Positions 9,485 to 20,691 are shown, counted from the stretch's first letter. The stretch: DNA of 64,000 nucleotides from Cenarchaeum sp. (GCA_965206845.1 OZ242221.1:800001-864000), one strand, 5' to 3'. Made by a program: numbers and translations. Notes: generated from the letters alone by a model not told the origin.

Positions 9485-10084
9485 TTGACATCCGATCCAG
9501 CTCTGGAGAGAACTATCGACAAAATTCTCAATCACACGAAAGATGAAATTCTCTCAGGCCTCAAGACATCCTTGGAAGAGTCCCACGGCACCTTGGACGA
9601 CTCGCTTCCCAGACTGGAACACGAGTACGAGAAGATGATCAGCGATGGAAGAAAGGAGGCCGACAAGCTGGAGAAGCAGCTGGTGGGAAGCTCGGATCTG
9701 GAGGCGCGAAACAGACAGCTTGTGTTGGTAGAGGAGTCAGTTGAGAGGGTGTTTGCGGACGCCATAAAAAAGATACGCAACGCCAAACGGGATGCCGCAT
9801 ACGCCGGCATGATATCTGGCATGCTGGATGAGTCCACAAAGGTTTTGAGAACCCCGCAGATTATGGTCTTTACCAGCACGCAGGACAATGGAATAGTAAA
9901 GAAGCTACTCTCAAAGAGTACCGATGCAGAGCTGGCACCGGACAGCATCGAGTGCATGGGCGGGATAATAGTCAAGTCCAAGGATGGAATCATGACCTTT
10001 GATAGTACAGTAGACGCAAAGTTGGAGAGAATGAAGCCTTTAATTAGGAAAAAAATTGCAACCAAGTTCGGAATAGGTAGTTGA
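9485..10084 (+). CDS. atpE: A/V-type ATP synthase subunit E
   Basis: Coiled-coil N-terminus, C-terminal [15 protein letters not shown], and position directly upstream of atpA. Confidence 0.9.
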   Translation: MTSDPALERTIDKILNHTKDEILSGLKTSLEESHGTLDDSLPRLEHEYEKMISDGRKEADKLEKQLVGSSDLEARNRQLVLVEESVERVFADAIKKIRNAKRDAAYAGMISGMLDESTKVLRTPQIMVFTSTQDNGIVKKLLSKSTDAELAPDSIECMGGIIVKSKDGIMTFDSTVDAKLERMKPLIRKKIATKFGIGS

Positions 10085-10085
10085 T

Positions 10086-11864
10086 ATGGCAGTAGAAGGA
10101 AGAATAGTATGGGTTAGCGGTCCTGCAGTGAGGGCAGACGGAATGGCCGCGGCAAAGATGTACGAGACCGTCACGGTGGGCAATGCCAAGCTGATAGGCG
10201 AAGTAATCCGCCTTACCGGAGATGTGGCATTCATACAGGTGTACGAGTCCACCAGCGGACTCACGCCGGGCGAACCGGTTGTGGGCACTGGAAACCCACT
10301 ATCCGTACTTTTGGGACCCGGAATCATTGGTCAGATTTATGACGGCATACAGAGACCCCTCAAGGAGCTCTCAAAGAAGTCCGGCTCTTTTATCGGCAGA
10401 GGGATCGTTACCACTCCGGTGGATATGACCAAAAAGTATCACTTTATACCCACAGCATCGGTGGGCGACTCGATCGAATCGGGAAACATAATCGGTACCG
10501 TCAAGGAGACCGATCTGATCGATCATGGAATAATGGTGCCCCCGAACCACCCCGGCGGCAAGATCACCGACATCGTCTCCGAGGGCGACTACGACCTCGA
10601 GACCGAGATTGCAACAGTAGAGAAGGACGGCCAAAAGTCTCCCCTCAAGATGTACCACAGGTGGCCTGTACGAACCCCCCGGCCCTACAAGGCCCGGTAC
10701 GATCCAACGGTACCGCTACTCACGGGCCAGCGGGTCATCGATACCTTCTTTCCCATCGCAAAGGGAGGCACGGGCTCGATTCCTGGCGCCTTTGGAACGG
10801 GCAAGACAGTCACGCTACACCAGATTGCAAAATGGGCCGACTCTCAAGTGGTAGTCTACATCGGCTGCGGCGAGAGGGGAAACGAGATGACAGAGGTGCT
10901 AGTGGAGTTCCCGCACCTCAAGGACCCGCGAACCGGCAAGCCGCTGATGGACAGGACAGTCCTGGTGGCAAACACAAGCAACATGCCTGTGGCAGCCAGG
11001 GAGGCCAGCATATACACGGGAGTCACCATAGCCGAGTACTATCGCGACATGGGAAAGGATGTCGTGCTTGTGGCAGACTCTACCAGCCGGTGGGCCGAGG
11101 CTCTCCGCGAGATGAGCGGAAGGTTGGAGGAGATGCCCGCAGAGGAGGGATACCCGTCATATCTGGCATCCCGACTGGCAGAGTTCTACGAGAGGGCCGG
11201 CCGCGTGAAGGCACAGGGAAGCCCCCAGCGTGACGGCTCGGTTACCCTGGTGGGCGCAGTATCGCCGTCCGGTGGCGACTTTACCGAGCCCGTAACAACG
11301 CACACCATGAGATTCATCAAGACCTTCTGGGCGCTGGATGCCAAGCTGGCGTACTCGAGGCACTATCCATCCATCAACTGGATGAACAGCTACTCTGGAT
11401 ATCTGGCAGATGTCGCAAAGTGGTGGAGCAAGAACATCGGCGAGGACTGGCTGGCCCTTCGAAGCGAGGTTTACGGCGTGCTTCAGAGGGAGGATACCCT
11501 GAAGGAGATAGTGCGGCTGCTGGGACCAGAGGCGCTGCCAGACGAGGAGAAGCTGATACTGGAGGTTGCAAGAATGATCAAGATAGGCATCCTGCAGCAG
11601 AACTCGTTTGATGACGTAGACACCTACTGCAGTCCTGAAAAGCAGTATCGCTTGCTGGAGATGCAAGTCGAGTTCTACAGGCGCGGACAGCAGGTGCTCA
11701 AGGAGGGAGCCACGCTAGTGGATATCCGGGCAATGCCCATAATCTCATCAATACTAAAGGCCAGAATGAGTATCAAGGATGACGAGATGCCCAAGTTTGC
11801 CACACTGTTAAAGGATATGGACGAGCAGTTCAAGAGTATCAAGGGGGTAAAGGTCTCAAGTTGA
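10086..11864 (+). CDS. atpA: A/V-type ATP synthase subunit A
   Basis: P-loop [38 protein letters not shown]. No intein. Confidence 0.99.
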   Translation: MAVEGRIVWVSGPAVRADGMAAAKMYETVTVGNAKLIGEVIRLTGDVAFIQVYESTSGLTPGEPVVGTGNPLSVLLGPGIIGQIYDGIQRPLKELSKKSGSFIGRGIVTTPVDMTKKYHFIPTASVGDSIESGNIIGTVKETDLIDHGIMVPPNHPGGKITDIVSEGDYDLETEIATVEKDGQKSPLKMYHRWPVRTPRPYKARYDPTVPLLTGQRVIDTFFPIAKGGTGSIPGAFGTGKTVTLHQIAKWADSQVVVYIGCGERGNEMTEVLVEFPHLKDPRTGKPLMDRTVLVANTSNMPVAAREASIYTGVTIAEYYRDMGKDVVLVADSTSRWAEALREMSGRLEEMPAEEGYPSYLASRLAEFYERAGRVKAQGSPQRDGSVTLVGAVSPSGGDFTEPVTTHTMRFIKTFWALDAKLAYSRHYPSINWMNSYSGYLADVAKWWSKNIGEDWLALRSEVYGVLQREDTLKEIVRLLGPEALPDEEKLILEVARMIKIGILQQNSFDDVDTYCSPEKQYRLLEMQVEFYRRGQQVLKEGATLVDIRAMPIISSILKARMSIKDDEMPKFATLLKDMDEQFKSIKGVKVSS

Positions 11865-13246
11865 GCGTCAAGGGAGGGGTCCAGTACAGCAAGATCGCCG
11901 AGATCAAGGGGCCGCTGGTAATAGTAGACGATGTGGAGAACGCCGCCTTTGACGAGCTGGTGGAGATCGAGACAACCGAAGGCCAGAAGAGGCTGGGCAA
12001 AGTACTCGAGGTCGGAAATGGCAAAGCCGTAGTGCAGGTCTTTGAGGGAACCACGGGACTGTCCATCTCAGGCACCAACGCAAAGTTTGTCGGCAAGGTA
12101 ATGGAGATGCCCGTCTCCCGTGAGGTGCTGGGCAGGGTCTTTGACGGACTTGGCAGACCAAAGGACAACCTGCCGGATCCGATTGCAGACAAGTTCGTAG
12201 ATATCAACGGCGAGCCCATGAACCCGGAGCAGAGAGAGTACCCCAAGGACTTTATCCAGACCGGCGTCTCTGTCATAGACGGCATGATCACCCTGGTTCG
12301 CGGCCAGAAGCTTCCCATCTTCTCCGGCTCCGGAATGTCACACAACATACTGGCAGCCCAGATAGCAAGACAGGCATCAGTAGTCGGCACCAAGGATGAC
12401 TTTGCGGTAGTCTTTGCGGCCATCGGCGTGCAGTACAGCGAGGCCGAGTACTTTAGGAAGAGCCTGGAGGAATCAGGTGCCCTGAAGAGAAGCGTGCTGT
12501 TCTTGAATCTGGCCGACGATCCCGCCATCGAGAGAATAATCACGCCCAGGGTGGCGCTGACGGTGGCCGAGTACCTGGCCTTTGATCTTGGAATACATGT
12601 CCTCGTCATACTTACCGATATGACAAACTACGCAGAGGCGCTAAGGGAGATCAGTGCTGCCCGTGAGGAGGTGCCTGGAAGAAAGGGCTATCCGGGCTAT
12701 CTGTACACCGACCTCTCCACCGTATACGAGAGGGCAGGCAAGCTGGTGGGAAGAAAGGGAAGCGTGACCCAGGTGCCCATTCTATCCATGCCGTCTGACG
12801 ACATTACGCACCCGATACCGGATCTTACCGGCTATATCACCGAGGGCCAGATAGTCCTGGGCAGGGATCTCTTCAGGCAGGGCATATACCCACCGGTAAA
12901 CATCCTGATGAGCCTCAGCAGGCTGATGAAGGACGGGATCGGCAAGGGCAGAACCCGGGAGGATCACGGCGAGATCTCCAATCAGAATTACGACGCATAC
13001 TCAAGAGCCCAGGAGGTGAGGGCCCTGGCAGGAATCGTGGGAAAGGCAGGACTGACCGACATAGACCTCAAGTACATGAATGTCGGAGACGGATTCGAGA
13101 AGAGCTTCCTCTCACAGGCAACAGACGAGAACCGAACCATCGAGGAGACGCTCAAGATACTGTGGGGCATAGTCTCCAAGCTGCCCAAGAACGAGATCAC
13201 CAAGGTAAAAGACAAGTACATAGAGCAGTACTACGGGAAAAGTTAG
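11861..13246 (+). CDS. atpB: A/V-type ATP synthase subunit B
   Basis: [49 protein letters not shown]. Confidence 0.99.
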   Translation: MSVKGGVQYSKIAEIKGPLVIVDDVENAAFDELVEIETTEGQKRLGKVLEVGNGKAVVQVFEGTTGLSISGTNAKFVGKVMEMPVSREVLGRVFDGLGRPKDNLPDPIADKFVDINGEPMNPEQREYPKDFIQTGVSVIDGMITLVRGQKLPIFSGSGMSHNILAAQIARQASVVGTKDDFAVVFAAIGVQYSEAEYFRKSLEESGALKRSVLFLNLADDPAIERIITPRVALTVAEYLAFDLGIHVLVILTDMTNYAEALREISAAREEVPGRKGYPGYLYTDLSTVYERAGKLVGRKGSVTQVPILSMPSDDITHPIPDLTGYITEGQIVLGRDLFRQGIYPPVNILMSLSRLMKDGIGKGRTREDHGEISNQNYDAYSRAQEVRALAGIVGKAGLTDIDLKYMNVGDGFEKSFLSQATDENRTIEETLKILWGIVSKLPKNEITKVKDKYIEQYYGKS

Positions 13247-13250
13247 CCTC

Positions 13251-13886
13251 ATGTCTTTTGGACAGAATGTAGCTGCGACAAAGATCGAGCTCCTAAAGTA
13301 CAAGCGCTCAAGCCAGGTGGCCACCATGGTCCAGAAGATCCTCGACGACAAGCGCAAGGTGCTCCTGAAGAACATCGAGGAGATGATAGAGGAGGCCTCA
13401 AAGGCCAGGGGCGGAATCTGGGATCCGCTGCAGGACATCTACAGATCCGTCAGCGAGGCGTACCTGCTACTGGGAACATCCACCGTCGACTCGGTGGCCC
13501 AGATGACGCCCGCGGTGATGGAGGTGGATGTAAGCATAAAGAGGGTGGTGGATGTCAAGATACCGGCGCTCAACGTTACAGAGAAGGACACAAAGGCCAT
13601 GCCCTACGGATTTGCCGACACAAACTCGTCAATAGACAGGGCGGCAAGGCAGATCAAGGTGCTGCTGCCGCGAATATGCAAGGCAGCCGAGTACGAGAAC
13701 TCGATATTCAGTCTGGCAAAGGCCCTGGAGAAGACCCAAAAGCTCCTCAACGCTCTGGAGAATGTGATCATACCGCAGTACCACCAGAGAATCAAGTTTA
13801 TTCTTGCCACCCTGGAGGAGAGGGAGCGGGAGGAATTCGTAAAACTAAAAAAAGTCAAGGCTGCAATGGAGAAGAGGAAGCAATGA
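13251..13886 (+). CDS. atpD: A/V-type ATP synthase subunit D
   Basis: TK.EL..K..LDDKR..L and T..LNALENVIIP..LEEREREEF..LKKVK. Confidence 0.96.
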   Translation: MSFGQNVAATKIELLKYKRSSQVATMVQKILDDKRKVLLKNIEEMIEEASKARGGIWDPLQDIYRSVSEAYLLLGTSTVDSVAQMTPAVMEVDVSIKRVVDVKIPALNVTEKDTKAMPYGFADTNSSIDRAARQIKVLLPRICKAAEYENSIFSLAKALEKTQKLLNALENVIIPQYHQRIKFILATLEEREREEFVKLKKVKAAMEKRKQ

Positions 13887-14014
13887 CAAAAAAAAGCATC
13901 AAGAAACTGGTGGATGGCTCAAAGTCGTCTCTGAGTGAGAGTTTTGACAAATTCTCAAAGAACGTAGGGAAAGATCTGGCAGGCATCAAAAAGAAGACCC
14001 TGAAGAGCATCTGA
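13883..14014 (+). CDS. 43-aa Lys-rich helical protein coupled to atpD
   Basis: ATG overlaps the atpD stop (ATGA). MTKKSIKKLVDGSKSSLSESFDKFSKNVGKDLAGIKKKTLKSI. Confidence 0.6.
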   Translation: MTKKSIKKLVDGSKSSLSESFDKFSKNVGKDLAGIKKKTLKSI

Positions 14015-14257
14015 AGGCGTCTGCAGATCCTAGCTCTGCCCGGAGTGTTGTAGGATGCAGATCGCAGCACCCGGATGGTTCTGGCAGCAGGCCAGCTATA
14101 GCAGAGCCTTGGGATAGCGGCAGGCCCCCCACCGATCCATGGGTACGGCGGGGACTTGTGCAAAGCAGGGCGCAAAGGCCCGCATGGGCGCACATGTTCC
14201 CGTGCCGGGACTTGTTATCATGATTTAAATATGGAATTTGAAGAGCAAGAATCGATA

Positions 14258-14563
14258 ATGAAGACTATCACGCTGGCACTACTGGCTGCAGCAGTAATCA
14301 GCATCTCAAGTGTTACCGGCATGGCGTACGCACAAGAAGGCGCGCAGGGCAGCTCCGATTCACTGAGGTTGGTTGGAGCCGGCCTTGCATTTGGTCTTGC
14401 GGCAGGTGGTGCAGGCATCGGCTTGGGTCATGTAGGGGCAGCCGGCCTTGCAGTCATAAGTGAGAACCCCGCGCTACAGTCAAAAGTATTCATATTCGTG
14501 GGCATGGTAGAGTCAATCGCCATCTACGGCATAGTAATGATGTTCATCATTCTGGGCCAATAA
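14258..14563 (+). CDS. atpK: A/V-type ATP synthase proteolipid subunit K (c), with N-terminal signal-like extension
   Basis: GAGLAFGLAAGGAGIG and ion-binding Glu in MVESIAIYG. Confidence 0.95.
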   Translation: MKTITLALLAAAVISISSVTGMAYAQEGAQGSSDSLRLVGAGLAFGLAAGGAGIGLGHVGAAGLAVISENPALQSKVFIFVGMVESIAIYGIVMMFIILGQ

Positions 14564-14583
14564 GCCACACACGATCTTTATTT

Positions 14584-15045
14584 TTAATTATATTCCAGCT
14601 GGCTTACGTCCAGCGTGCGTCGGCAGTACCTGCACTTGAGGATCACACCCTCCCTGTCCACCACATCCATCACGGATTCGATGTGCTCCCGGCTGTTTGT
14701 GATGCAGCCAGGGTTCGAGCACCGGAATATGCGGCCTATCTCGTTTGGCAGCGATACCCTGCGCTTCTCCACAAGCTTGTAGTTCTTGATGATGTTGACC
14801 GTGGCCGAGGGCGCGATTATCGCAAGCTTGTTGGTGTCGTCGCCTTGGAGAAACATGTTCTCGACCTTTATGATGTCCTTCTTTTTGAACTTCCCGCTGG
14901 GCACGTTGAGCGCAACGGTGATCAGGCTGCCGTCCAGGCCGTCAACGCCCAGCGCGTCCAGTACCTGAAGGCCCCTGCTCGCATCTATGTGATCGATCAC
15001 GGTACCATCGCGAATCCTCCTGACTATCAGCTCCGACTCCTGCAT
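14584..15045 (-). CDS. pyrI: Aspartate carbamoyltransferase regulatory chain
   Basis: IRDGTVIDHI, KKDIIKVE, CSNPGCITN and CRYC Zn ligands. Start could be 15051. Confidence 0.97.
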   Translation of the reverse strand: MQESELIVRRIRDGTVIDHIDASRGLQVLDALGVDGLDGSLITVALNVPSGKFKKKDIIKVENMFLQGDDTNKLAIIAPSATVNIIKNYKLVEKRRVSLPNEIGRIFRCSNPGCITNSREHIESVMDVVDREGVILKCRYCRRTLDVSQLEYN

Positions 15046-15086
15046 CAGCATAATTTGTATATTGTACTGGTATATATCCATGGGAT

Positions 15087-16016
15087 ATGGAGGAGTTTTT
15101 TCAGGAGGACGTGATCTCGATCCGGGACATGGACAGTGAAAAGCTGGAGAGGATCTTTGGTGCCACCGAGAAGATCCTGCGGATGCCGCCGGACTCGCGC
15201 CGGAAGATTACCCTGGGAAGGACACTGGGCTACCTGTTCTTTGAGCCAAGCACTAGGACGCGGCTGAGCTTTCAGGCCGCAATGGCAGCCACCGGCGGCA
15301 CGTCCCTGGGAATCGCCGATGTGACGTCATCGTCTACCCAGAAGGGCGAGAGCCTCGCAGATACGGTGAAGATCATGTCCATCTACTCTGATGTCCTCGT
15401 CCTGCGGCATCCAAGTGACGGCTCCAGCAGGTTTGCCGCCGAGGTCTCAGACAAGCCGGTCATAAACGGGGGAAGCGGCACCGAAGAGCACCCCACCCAG
15501 GCAATCCAGGATCTGTTTACCATCAAGAGGGAGAAGGGCAAGATCGACGGGCTGAACATCGGCATAGTGGGAGATCTCAAGTACGGAAGGACGGTCTACT
15601 CGCTGCTGTACGGGTTGGGAAACTATGACGTCAAGGTGCATCTGATATCCCCAGATTCGCTGCGAATCCGCTCCGACTCTGTCTATGAGATCAAAAAGCG
15701 GCTCTCGTTTACCGAGTCTGCCAGCCTGGAGGACGTGATCGACGATCTTGATGTGGTGTACGTTACAAGAATACAGAAGGAGCGGTTTCCCGACGAGGAG
15801 GAGTACCTCAAGGTCAGGGGGAGCTATGTGATCGGCCTAGACATGGTGAAGAGGATGAAGAGCGGTGCCATAATCATGCACCCGCTGCCTAGGCTTGATG
15901 AGATCTCCGCAGACATCGACCGCTCCCGGAACGCCAAGTACTTCAAGCAGGCAGAGTACGGCAAGTACACCAGGGCCGCCCTGCTGGGGCTGATCCTAAA
16001 CAAGAACGGCTTTTAG
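15087..16016 (+). CDS. pyrB: Aspartate carbamoyltransferase catalytic chain
   Basis: FFEPSTRTRLSF, HPTQ, GDLKYGRTV, RIQKER, MHPLP. Confidence 0.98.
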   Translation: MEEFFQEDVISIRDMDSEKLERIFGATEKILRMPPDSRRKITLGRTLGYLFFEPSTRTRLSFQAAMAATGGTSLGIADVTSSSTQKGESLADTVKIMSIYSDVLVLRHPSDGSSRFAAEVSDKPVINGGSGTEEHPTQAIQDLFTIKREKGKIDGLNIGIVGDLKYGRTVYSLLYGLGNYDVKVHLISPDSLRIRSDSVYEIKKRLSFTESASLEDVIDDLDVVYVTRIQKERFPDEEEYLKVRGSYVIGLDMVKRMKSGAIIMHPLPRLDEISADIDRSRNAKYFKQAEYGKYTRAALLGLILNKNGF

Positions 16017-16086
16017 GGCGCGGCCCTGCCGGCACAAAGGGCGCTCCCGCTGCAGTGCGTACAGGAGCTGCGACGCGCGCAGGACT

Positions 16087-16800
16087 TTAGGTGATAAACA
16101 TCCTCGAGTCCATCTTTTCGTGCCTCATCTGGCATATGTCAAGGTGTGGTGAGAACTGCCAGATCTCAGATGCCGGAACGTCCATGCTCTCTCGAATTGC
16201 CCCGATGACTTCTGGCTTGAGCTCGTGGATGATCTCCTGCCCCTCAAGGTGCTGGATTACCCCCAGGCGCAGCGCGGCCCCCACCACGCTGACGACGAAG
16301 CCATAAAGAAACGAGAGTGCGGCCCTCTCCCGGTCTATTCCCAAGGCATGCGAGCACACCCCAAACGCGACAGGGTACGTGCACGGGGTGGAGCCGCCCC
16401 TGACGGCCTCAAGGAACTCTGACAGAACGCCATCCCCGGCAAACCGGTGCACGGTCTTTGACAGCTGGGTGCCCGAGCTGCACGATACCTCCCTGGCCTC
16501 CCTGACCGCCTTTATGGCAAACACCGTCTCGTCCACCTCCAGAATCGACTCCAGGTCGTGCCTTTCCGCAAGGCCGACCACGTTTGCCAGCGCAACGCAG
16601 TCACAGGGACCGAGCTGCTGCGCGATCTGGGCCGAGATGAACTCCACCAGGTCCTCCTTTGAGACCGGCCCCTCCACAAGCAGCGTCTCAAGACCGCTGG
16701 ATGTGGAGTACAGGCCGGTGGGGAAGAAGGAATCAGATACCTGAAGCACTCCAAGATCCCGGAGCATCTCGTCTGCCTTCATACACACATACTCTGGCAT
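16087..16800 (-). CDS. ureF: Urease accessory protein UreF
   Basis: LQVSDSFFPTG.Y..S.GLE, S.VGAALRL..I...GQ and C-terminal MRHE....RMFIT. Start approximate. Confidence 0.9.
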   Translation of the reverse strand: MPEYVCMKADEMLRDLGVLQVSDSFFPTGLYSTSSGLETLLVEGPVSKEDLVEFISAQIAQQLGPCDCVALANVVGLAERHDLESILEVDETVFAIKAVREAREVSCSSGTQLSKTVHRFAGDGVLSEFLEAVRGGSTPCTYPVAFGVCSHALGIDRERAALSFLYGFVVSVVGAALRLGVIQHLEGQEIIHELKPEVIGAIRESMDVPASEIWQFSPHLDICQMRHEKMDSRMFIT

Positions 16801-16855
16801 TGGGCTCAAAAACCTTGTCCCGGACCGTCCCAGGCGGCCTGATTCGTGCACACCA

Positions 16856-18535
16856 TCAGTAGTAGTGGTGCATCTGCCGCTGCTCCAGCCCCTCCTGCTC
16901 CCAGTGGTTGTGGTTTCTTCCGGGCTCCTTGTGGGCGTGAACGGTCCCATCGATGTGGCAGTGCGTATTGTCGATCAGATCCTTCACAAAGACGTCATCC
17001 ACGTTCAGGATCATGTTGGCTGCCTCGACGGCAGTCTTGACAACCTGCTGCTTTACGGCCAGCGACTCGACCACGGTGCCGGCCACGTCGTCCAGCTCCC
17101 TGGTGCCTGCGTTTACGCCGTACCAGCAGCCGTTGCCGGCTACCGCATACATTGATCTCATCGCGGGCAGCGCATCAAGCGCGCTCATCCCCAGATTGCG
17201 CGCAAGCGTCATCGGAATCTCTTCCAAGGCGTCGGCGAACCGCTCTACCACCACCTGCTCCTTTCCCTCCAGGCATGGGGCCCGCTCCCTGATCTTTTTT
17301 GCCATGATCGCCTCGCAGGATCCGCCTCCATACACTATGAACGGGGACTCGATAAAGTTTCGGAGCACGCAGATGGCATTCAGGGCGGTGCGGTGGAACT
17401 CGTCCAGATGGCGCTTGGAGCCTGCCCGCAGGAGGATCGTAACCGATCCTGGATCTTCGGACTCGACAAACACCATCCTGTCGCCGCCGACGCTCTCCTC
17501 GTGGACCCTGCCTGCGAATCCCAGCTCGCCACCAGAGATGCCCTCAACGCTCCTGCAGACCTTGGCTCCGGTCGACTTTTCCAGCCACCACAGATCATTG
17601 TACTTGGCCCTGCGAACAGACATGATCCCCTCCCGCGCGAGGCGCTCTTGGGCCAGCCCGCTGATCCCCTTTCTTGACACCACCAGTCCGGCCCCGGAGT
17701 CAACGACCTTTTTGACGGTCGCAAGGACGTCGAGATCCTCCTGTGTGGCAAACCGGCCCATCTGCTCTGGGGATGTTATCTCGATCTCAGACTCGGCCTT
17801 GGTTCGCATCGTCTCAAGCGGGTCGTTTAGCAGGAGGACCTTCACGTTGCCGACGGTGCGCGGCATCTCCGGGTTGTCTGCCGGCTTGTCGATCACCGTT
17901 CCCCTCACCAGCCGAATGTCGGCAGGATCTCCTGGCTTCTCCTCGATCTTTATGTCGTCCGTATTGACCGTCCCGCGCTCAAGATCGGCTACCTGGCATA
18001 CCGCGTCGATGAACACGTCTGCCATACGGCCGTCGGGCAGAGCATCAAACAGCGCCTTACCCTCAAGGCATGAGACTGCAAGGCTGCGCATCATCGCCCT
18101 GTCCCCGGCATCGGCCTCGATCCTGATCTCGTCCAGTGCCTCCAGCGCGTATTTCATGCCCTCCTCAAAACCCCTTGTGATAACCGCGGTTGGAAACCCC
18201 CTGCCGAGCAGCTCCTTTGACTGCCTGAGCATGGCGCCCATCAGAACCGCGACCGAGATGGTGCCGTCGCCAACGTGCGTGTCCACGGTGTTGACCGCAT
18301 CCACCACCGCCTTTGCAGCAGGATGGTCAACGTCCAGCTTTCGCAGGAATGCCCCCCCGTGCTTTGTTACGGTCGCCTCGCCAAGTATGTCTATGTACAC
18401 CTTCTCCATCCCCCGCGGTCCCAGCGAGGTCTTGATCACGTCCGTTACGAGTATGCCGGCGACCACATTGTACGTCTGCGAGTCACGTCTTCCGATGCGG
18501 GAGAGGTCGGGGTTGAATATATCCGGATATTTCAT
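16856..18535 (-). CDS. Divergent group II chaperonin (thermosome-like) with a His/Cys-rich C-terminal tail
   Basis: TSLGPRGMEK, VGDGT, YGGGSCE, FADALEEIP..LARN.G, then tail THCHIDGTVHAHKEPGRNHNH..HHYY. Confidence 0.9.
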   Translation of the reverse strand: MKYPDIFNPDLSRIGRRDSQTYNVVAGILVTDVIKTSLGPRGMEKVYIDILGEATVTKHGGAFLRKLDVDHPAAKAVVDAVNTVDTHVGDGTISVAVLMGAMLRQSKELLGRGFPTAVITRGFEEGMKYALEALDEIRIEADAGDRAMMRSLAVSCLEGKALFDALPDGRMADVFIDAVCQVADLERGTVNTDDIKIEEKPGDPADIRLVRGTVIDKPADNPEMPRTVGNVKVLLLNDPLETMRTKAESEIEITSPEQMGRFATQEDLDVLATVKKVVDSGAGLVVSRKGISGLAQERLAREGIMSVRRAKYNDLWWLEKSTGAKVCRSVEGISGGELGFAGRVHEESVGGDRMVFVESEDPGSVTILLRAGSKRHLDEFHRTALNAICVLRNFIESPFIVYGGGSCEAIMAKKIRERAPCLEGKEQVVVERFADALEEIPMTLARNLGMSALDALPAMRSMYAVAGNGCWYGVNAGTRELDDVAGTVVESLAVKQQVVKTAVEAANMILNVDDVFVKDLIDNTHCHIDGTVHAHKEPGRNHNHWEQEGLEQRQMHHYY

Positions 18536-18708
18536 TCCGTCTGTCGAGTCTGAAAAATATTAAACCTTGCTGAAACCGGCTTCTTTGTCTGGGTATGACC
18601 CTGCGTACCGGGGCGCGTCTTTGCGCCCAGCACGGCAGGCCGCCCCGCATGCAGGCTCATCGCCGAACCCGTACGAATGGACTATCTTTGGTGGGTGGAG
18701 GCATGTGG

Positions 18709-20304
18709 TCACTTGCCGGCCAGGGTTTTCTTGCCCGGGGCATCGTCACCCGGACCGCTGGATCCCGTTCCGCTGCCGCCCATTATCGAGTCCCCCTCCT
18801 GGAAGTGTCTCAGATCTTCTCCCTCGATAACATCCTCTTCTGGGGGGATGTAATCCCTGACATCGTGCCGGGCCTTTCCTGGGTACCGGCTCTGGGTCGC
18901 AAGAGCCACGGCGATAAACAGGATGAAGGACACGATAGGCGGTATGAAGGTATCAAGACCAGCCAGATCTTCTGGGAACGAGAAGAAGAAGTACAGCCGG
19001 AGAAATGAACCCACAAGAAGGGAGGCAATTGCGGCGGGCATGTTCGCCTTCTTCCAGAACAGGCCGAATGTAAGGGGGGCAAGCGCGCCGGCAAATACGA
19101 TATCAAACGCCAGGATAAGGTAGATTCCGGGCGCCGGGGCAAAGTAGCCCAGGGCCGTTCCGGCAATCATCATGGGTATGAGCGCTATGCGCGTCATGAC
19201 AAGAAGCTTCTTGTCGTTCATCGTGGCCTTGCCGAGCCACCTCCTGCGAATTATCCTGCTGATCAGGTTCCTCGACACCACGCTGGAGATTGCCAGCAGT
19301 CCCCCGCTGGCAGTCGACATTGACGCGCCTATGATGCCCATCAGTATGCCTGCCCCAATGGCAAAGGGCAGGTGCCCCGTAACCAGCAGCGGAAGCGCGA
19401 GGTTGGGCGCGGTGTCCGGGGCCAGGTAGTGGTACGCTATGATTCCCATCATCGTGGTTGGCACCACCGTGAACATCGTCAGCAGTCCGCCCATCAGAGC
19501 TCCCCTCTGCGCAGTCTTGGGGTTCTTGGCTGCAAACACCCTCTCCATAAAGTCCAGCGCTATGATATCGCCCAATCCCAGCGCCAACAGGCCGGCCCAG
19601 TTAATCAGTGCACCGTTGGCTACATCAAACAGCCCGGACAGATCAAGAAACTCCGGCGGGGCGCTACTGTAGATCACATTCCACGGGGCGTCGGCAAATC
19701 CTCCGGCAAAGAACAGAAATCCGGCCCAGAATGCACCTATTGCAAGGTAGACCTGGAACAGGTTGGTGTATGCAGACGCAAACAGCCCGCCGGTCATGGT
19801 ATAAGCCACCACGACCAGCGCCGTGATCAGTATACCCCAGAAGTAGTCTATTCCAAAGACGGTCTCCAGAATAAAACCGCTTGCCGCCAGGTTGCCTGCG
19901 ACCAGAATGATAAAGCTGATTATCATCAAAACTCCGGAGATTCCCTCCGCGCCGTTGCCGAACCTTCTAAAGTAAAAATCTGGCAGGGTAATCATCGACA
20001 TCTTATTGAGCGGTTTTCCGTAGAATGCGGCCACGACCAGCAGGCACATCCCCAGGCCGATTGGCGTTATCGCGCCCGCCCAGAACCCGAACTCAAAGAC
20101 GAGGGCCGCATTGCCCAGGGTGGAGTTTCCGTCAACGGCCTGCGCGGCAAGCATCGTCCCGACCAGCGCCAGCGGCAGGCTCTTCCCTGCAACGATCAGC
20201 CTCTTTCCGCTGCCCCGCACCAGCTTGCCGGCAAAAATTCCAACGATAAGAGTGACTGCTATGAACACTGCTATCGCTATTCCAAAATCACCAAACTCGG
20301 CCAT
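18709..20304 (-). CDS. Sodium:solute symporter (SSS/SLC5-like), substrate unknown
   Basis: About 13 TM segments, AGKSLP, TLPDFY.RRFG, YT.TGG..A..YT, RVFAAK, GASMST. Confidence 0.92.
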   Translation of the reverse strand: MAEFGDFGIAIAVFIAVTLIVGIFAGKLVRGSGKRLIVAGKSLPLALVGTMLAAQAVDGNSTLGNAALVFEFGFWAGAITPIGLGMCLLVVAAFYGKPLNKMSMITLPDFYFRRFGNGAEGISGVLMIISFIILVAGNLAASGFILETVFGIDYFWGILITALVVVAYTMTGGLFASAYTNLFQVYLAIGAFWAGFLFFAGGFADAPWNVIYSSAPPEFLDLSGLFDVANGALINWAGLLALGLGDIIALDFMERVFAAKNPKTAQRGALMGGLLTMFTVVPTTMMGIIAYHYLAPDTAPNLALPLLVTGHLPFAIGAGILMGIIGASMSTASGGLLAISSVVSRNLISRIIRRRWLGKATMNDKKLLVMTRIALIPMMIAGTALGYFAPAPGIYLILAFDIVFAGALAPLTFGLFWKKANMPAAIASLLVGSFLRLYFFFSFPEDLAGLDTFIPPIVSFILFIAVALATQSRYPGKARHDVRDYIPPEEDVIEGEDLRHFQEGDSIMGGSGTGSSGPGDDAPGKKTLAGK

Positions 20305-20691
20305 TTAACAACTAGTAATTAGTCAACAGGTTATTTAAATATTGAAAAATTGCAGTAAAGTACGTTTTAGCGAACAAAAAATTAAACGTATACTACAATT
20401 ACCAATAAAAATTGGACGCATGCCACAATTATGGTAAAAGTTGTGCGCCAGCATCCCGCGGAGACGACGCCGGGCACGGGCCGCCGGCATGCCGTCCCCG
20501 CAGGCGGCCGCTACCGCCTTACCCCGACTCGCGCCGGCGCCGTACGTCCGTACCGCACGGGTTCGCCTGTCACATCGGACCGGTCGCAGGTATTTTTCCG
20601 GATGTGCCGTTTCGTGCCCGAATGAAGTGAGGTGTAATGTCACACCTTGCGCCTCCCCACAAGATTAATAGCTACGGCGACAAACCCATGC

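Noticed and set aside
10086-11864. Intein in atpA (also considered for nrdJ)
   Set aside because: Lengths and motif spacing are normal, with no intein termini.
16953-18563. 536-aa plus-strand ORF, and similar long antisense ORFs such as 19372..20322, 24660..25604 and 34450..35667
   Set aside because: Shadow frames of well-supported genes, expected in GC-rich DNA, with Ser/Arg/Pro-rich non-protein-like composition.
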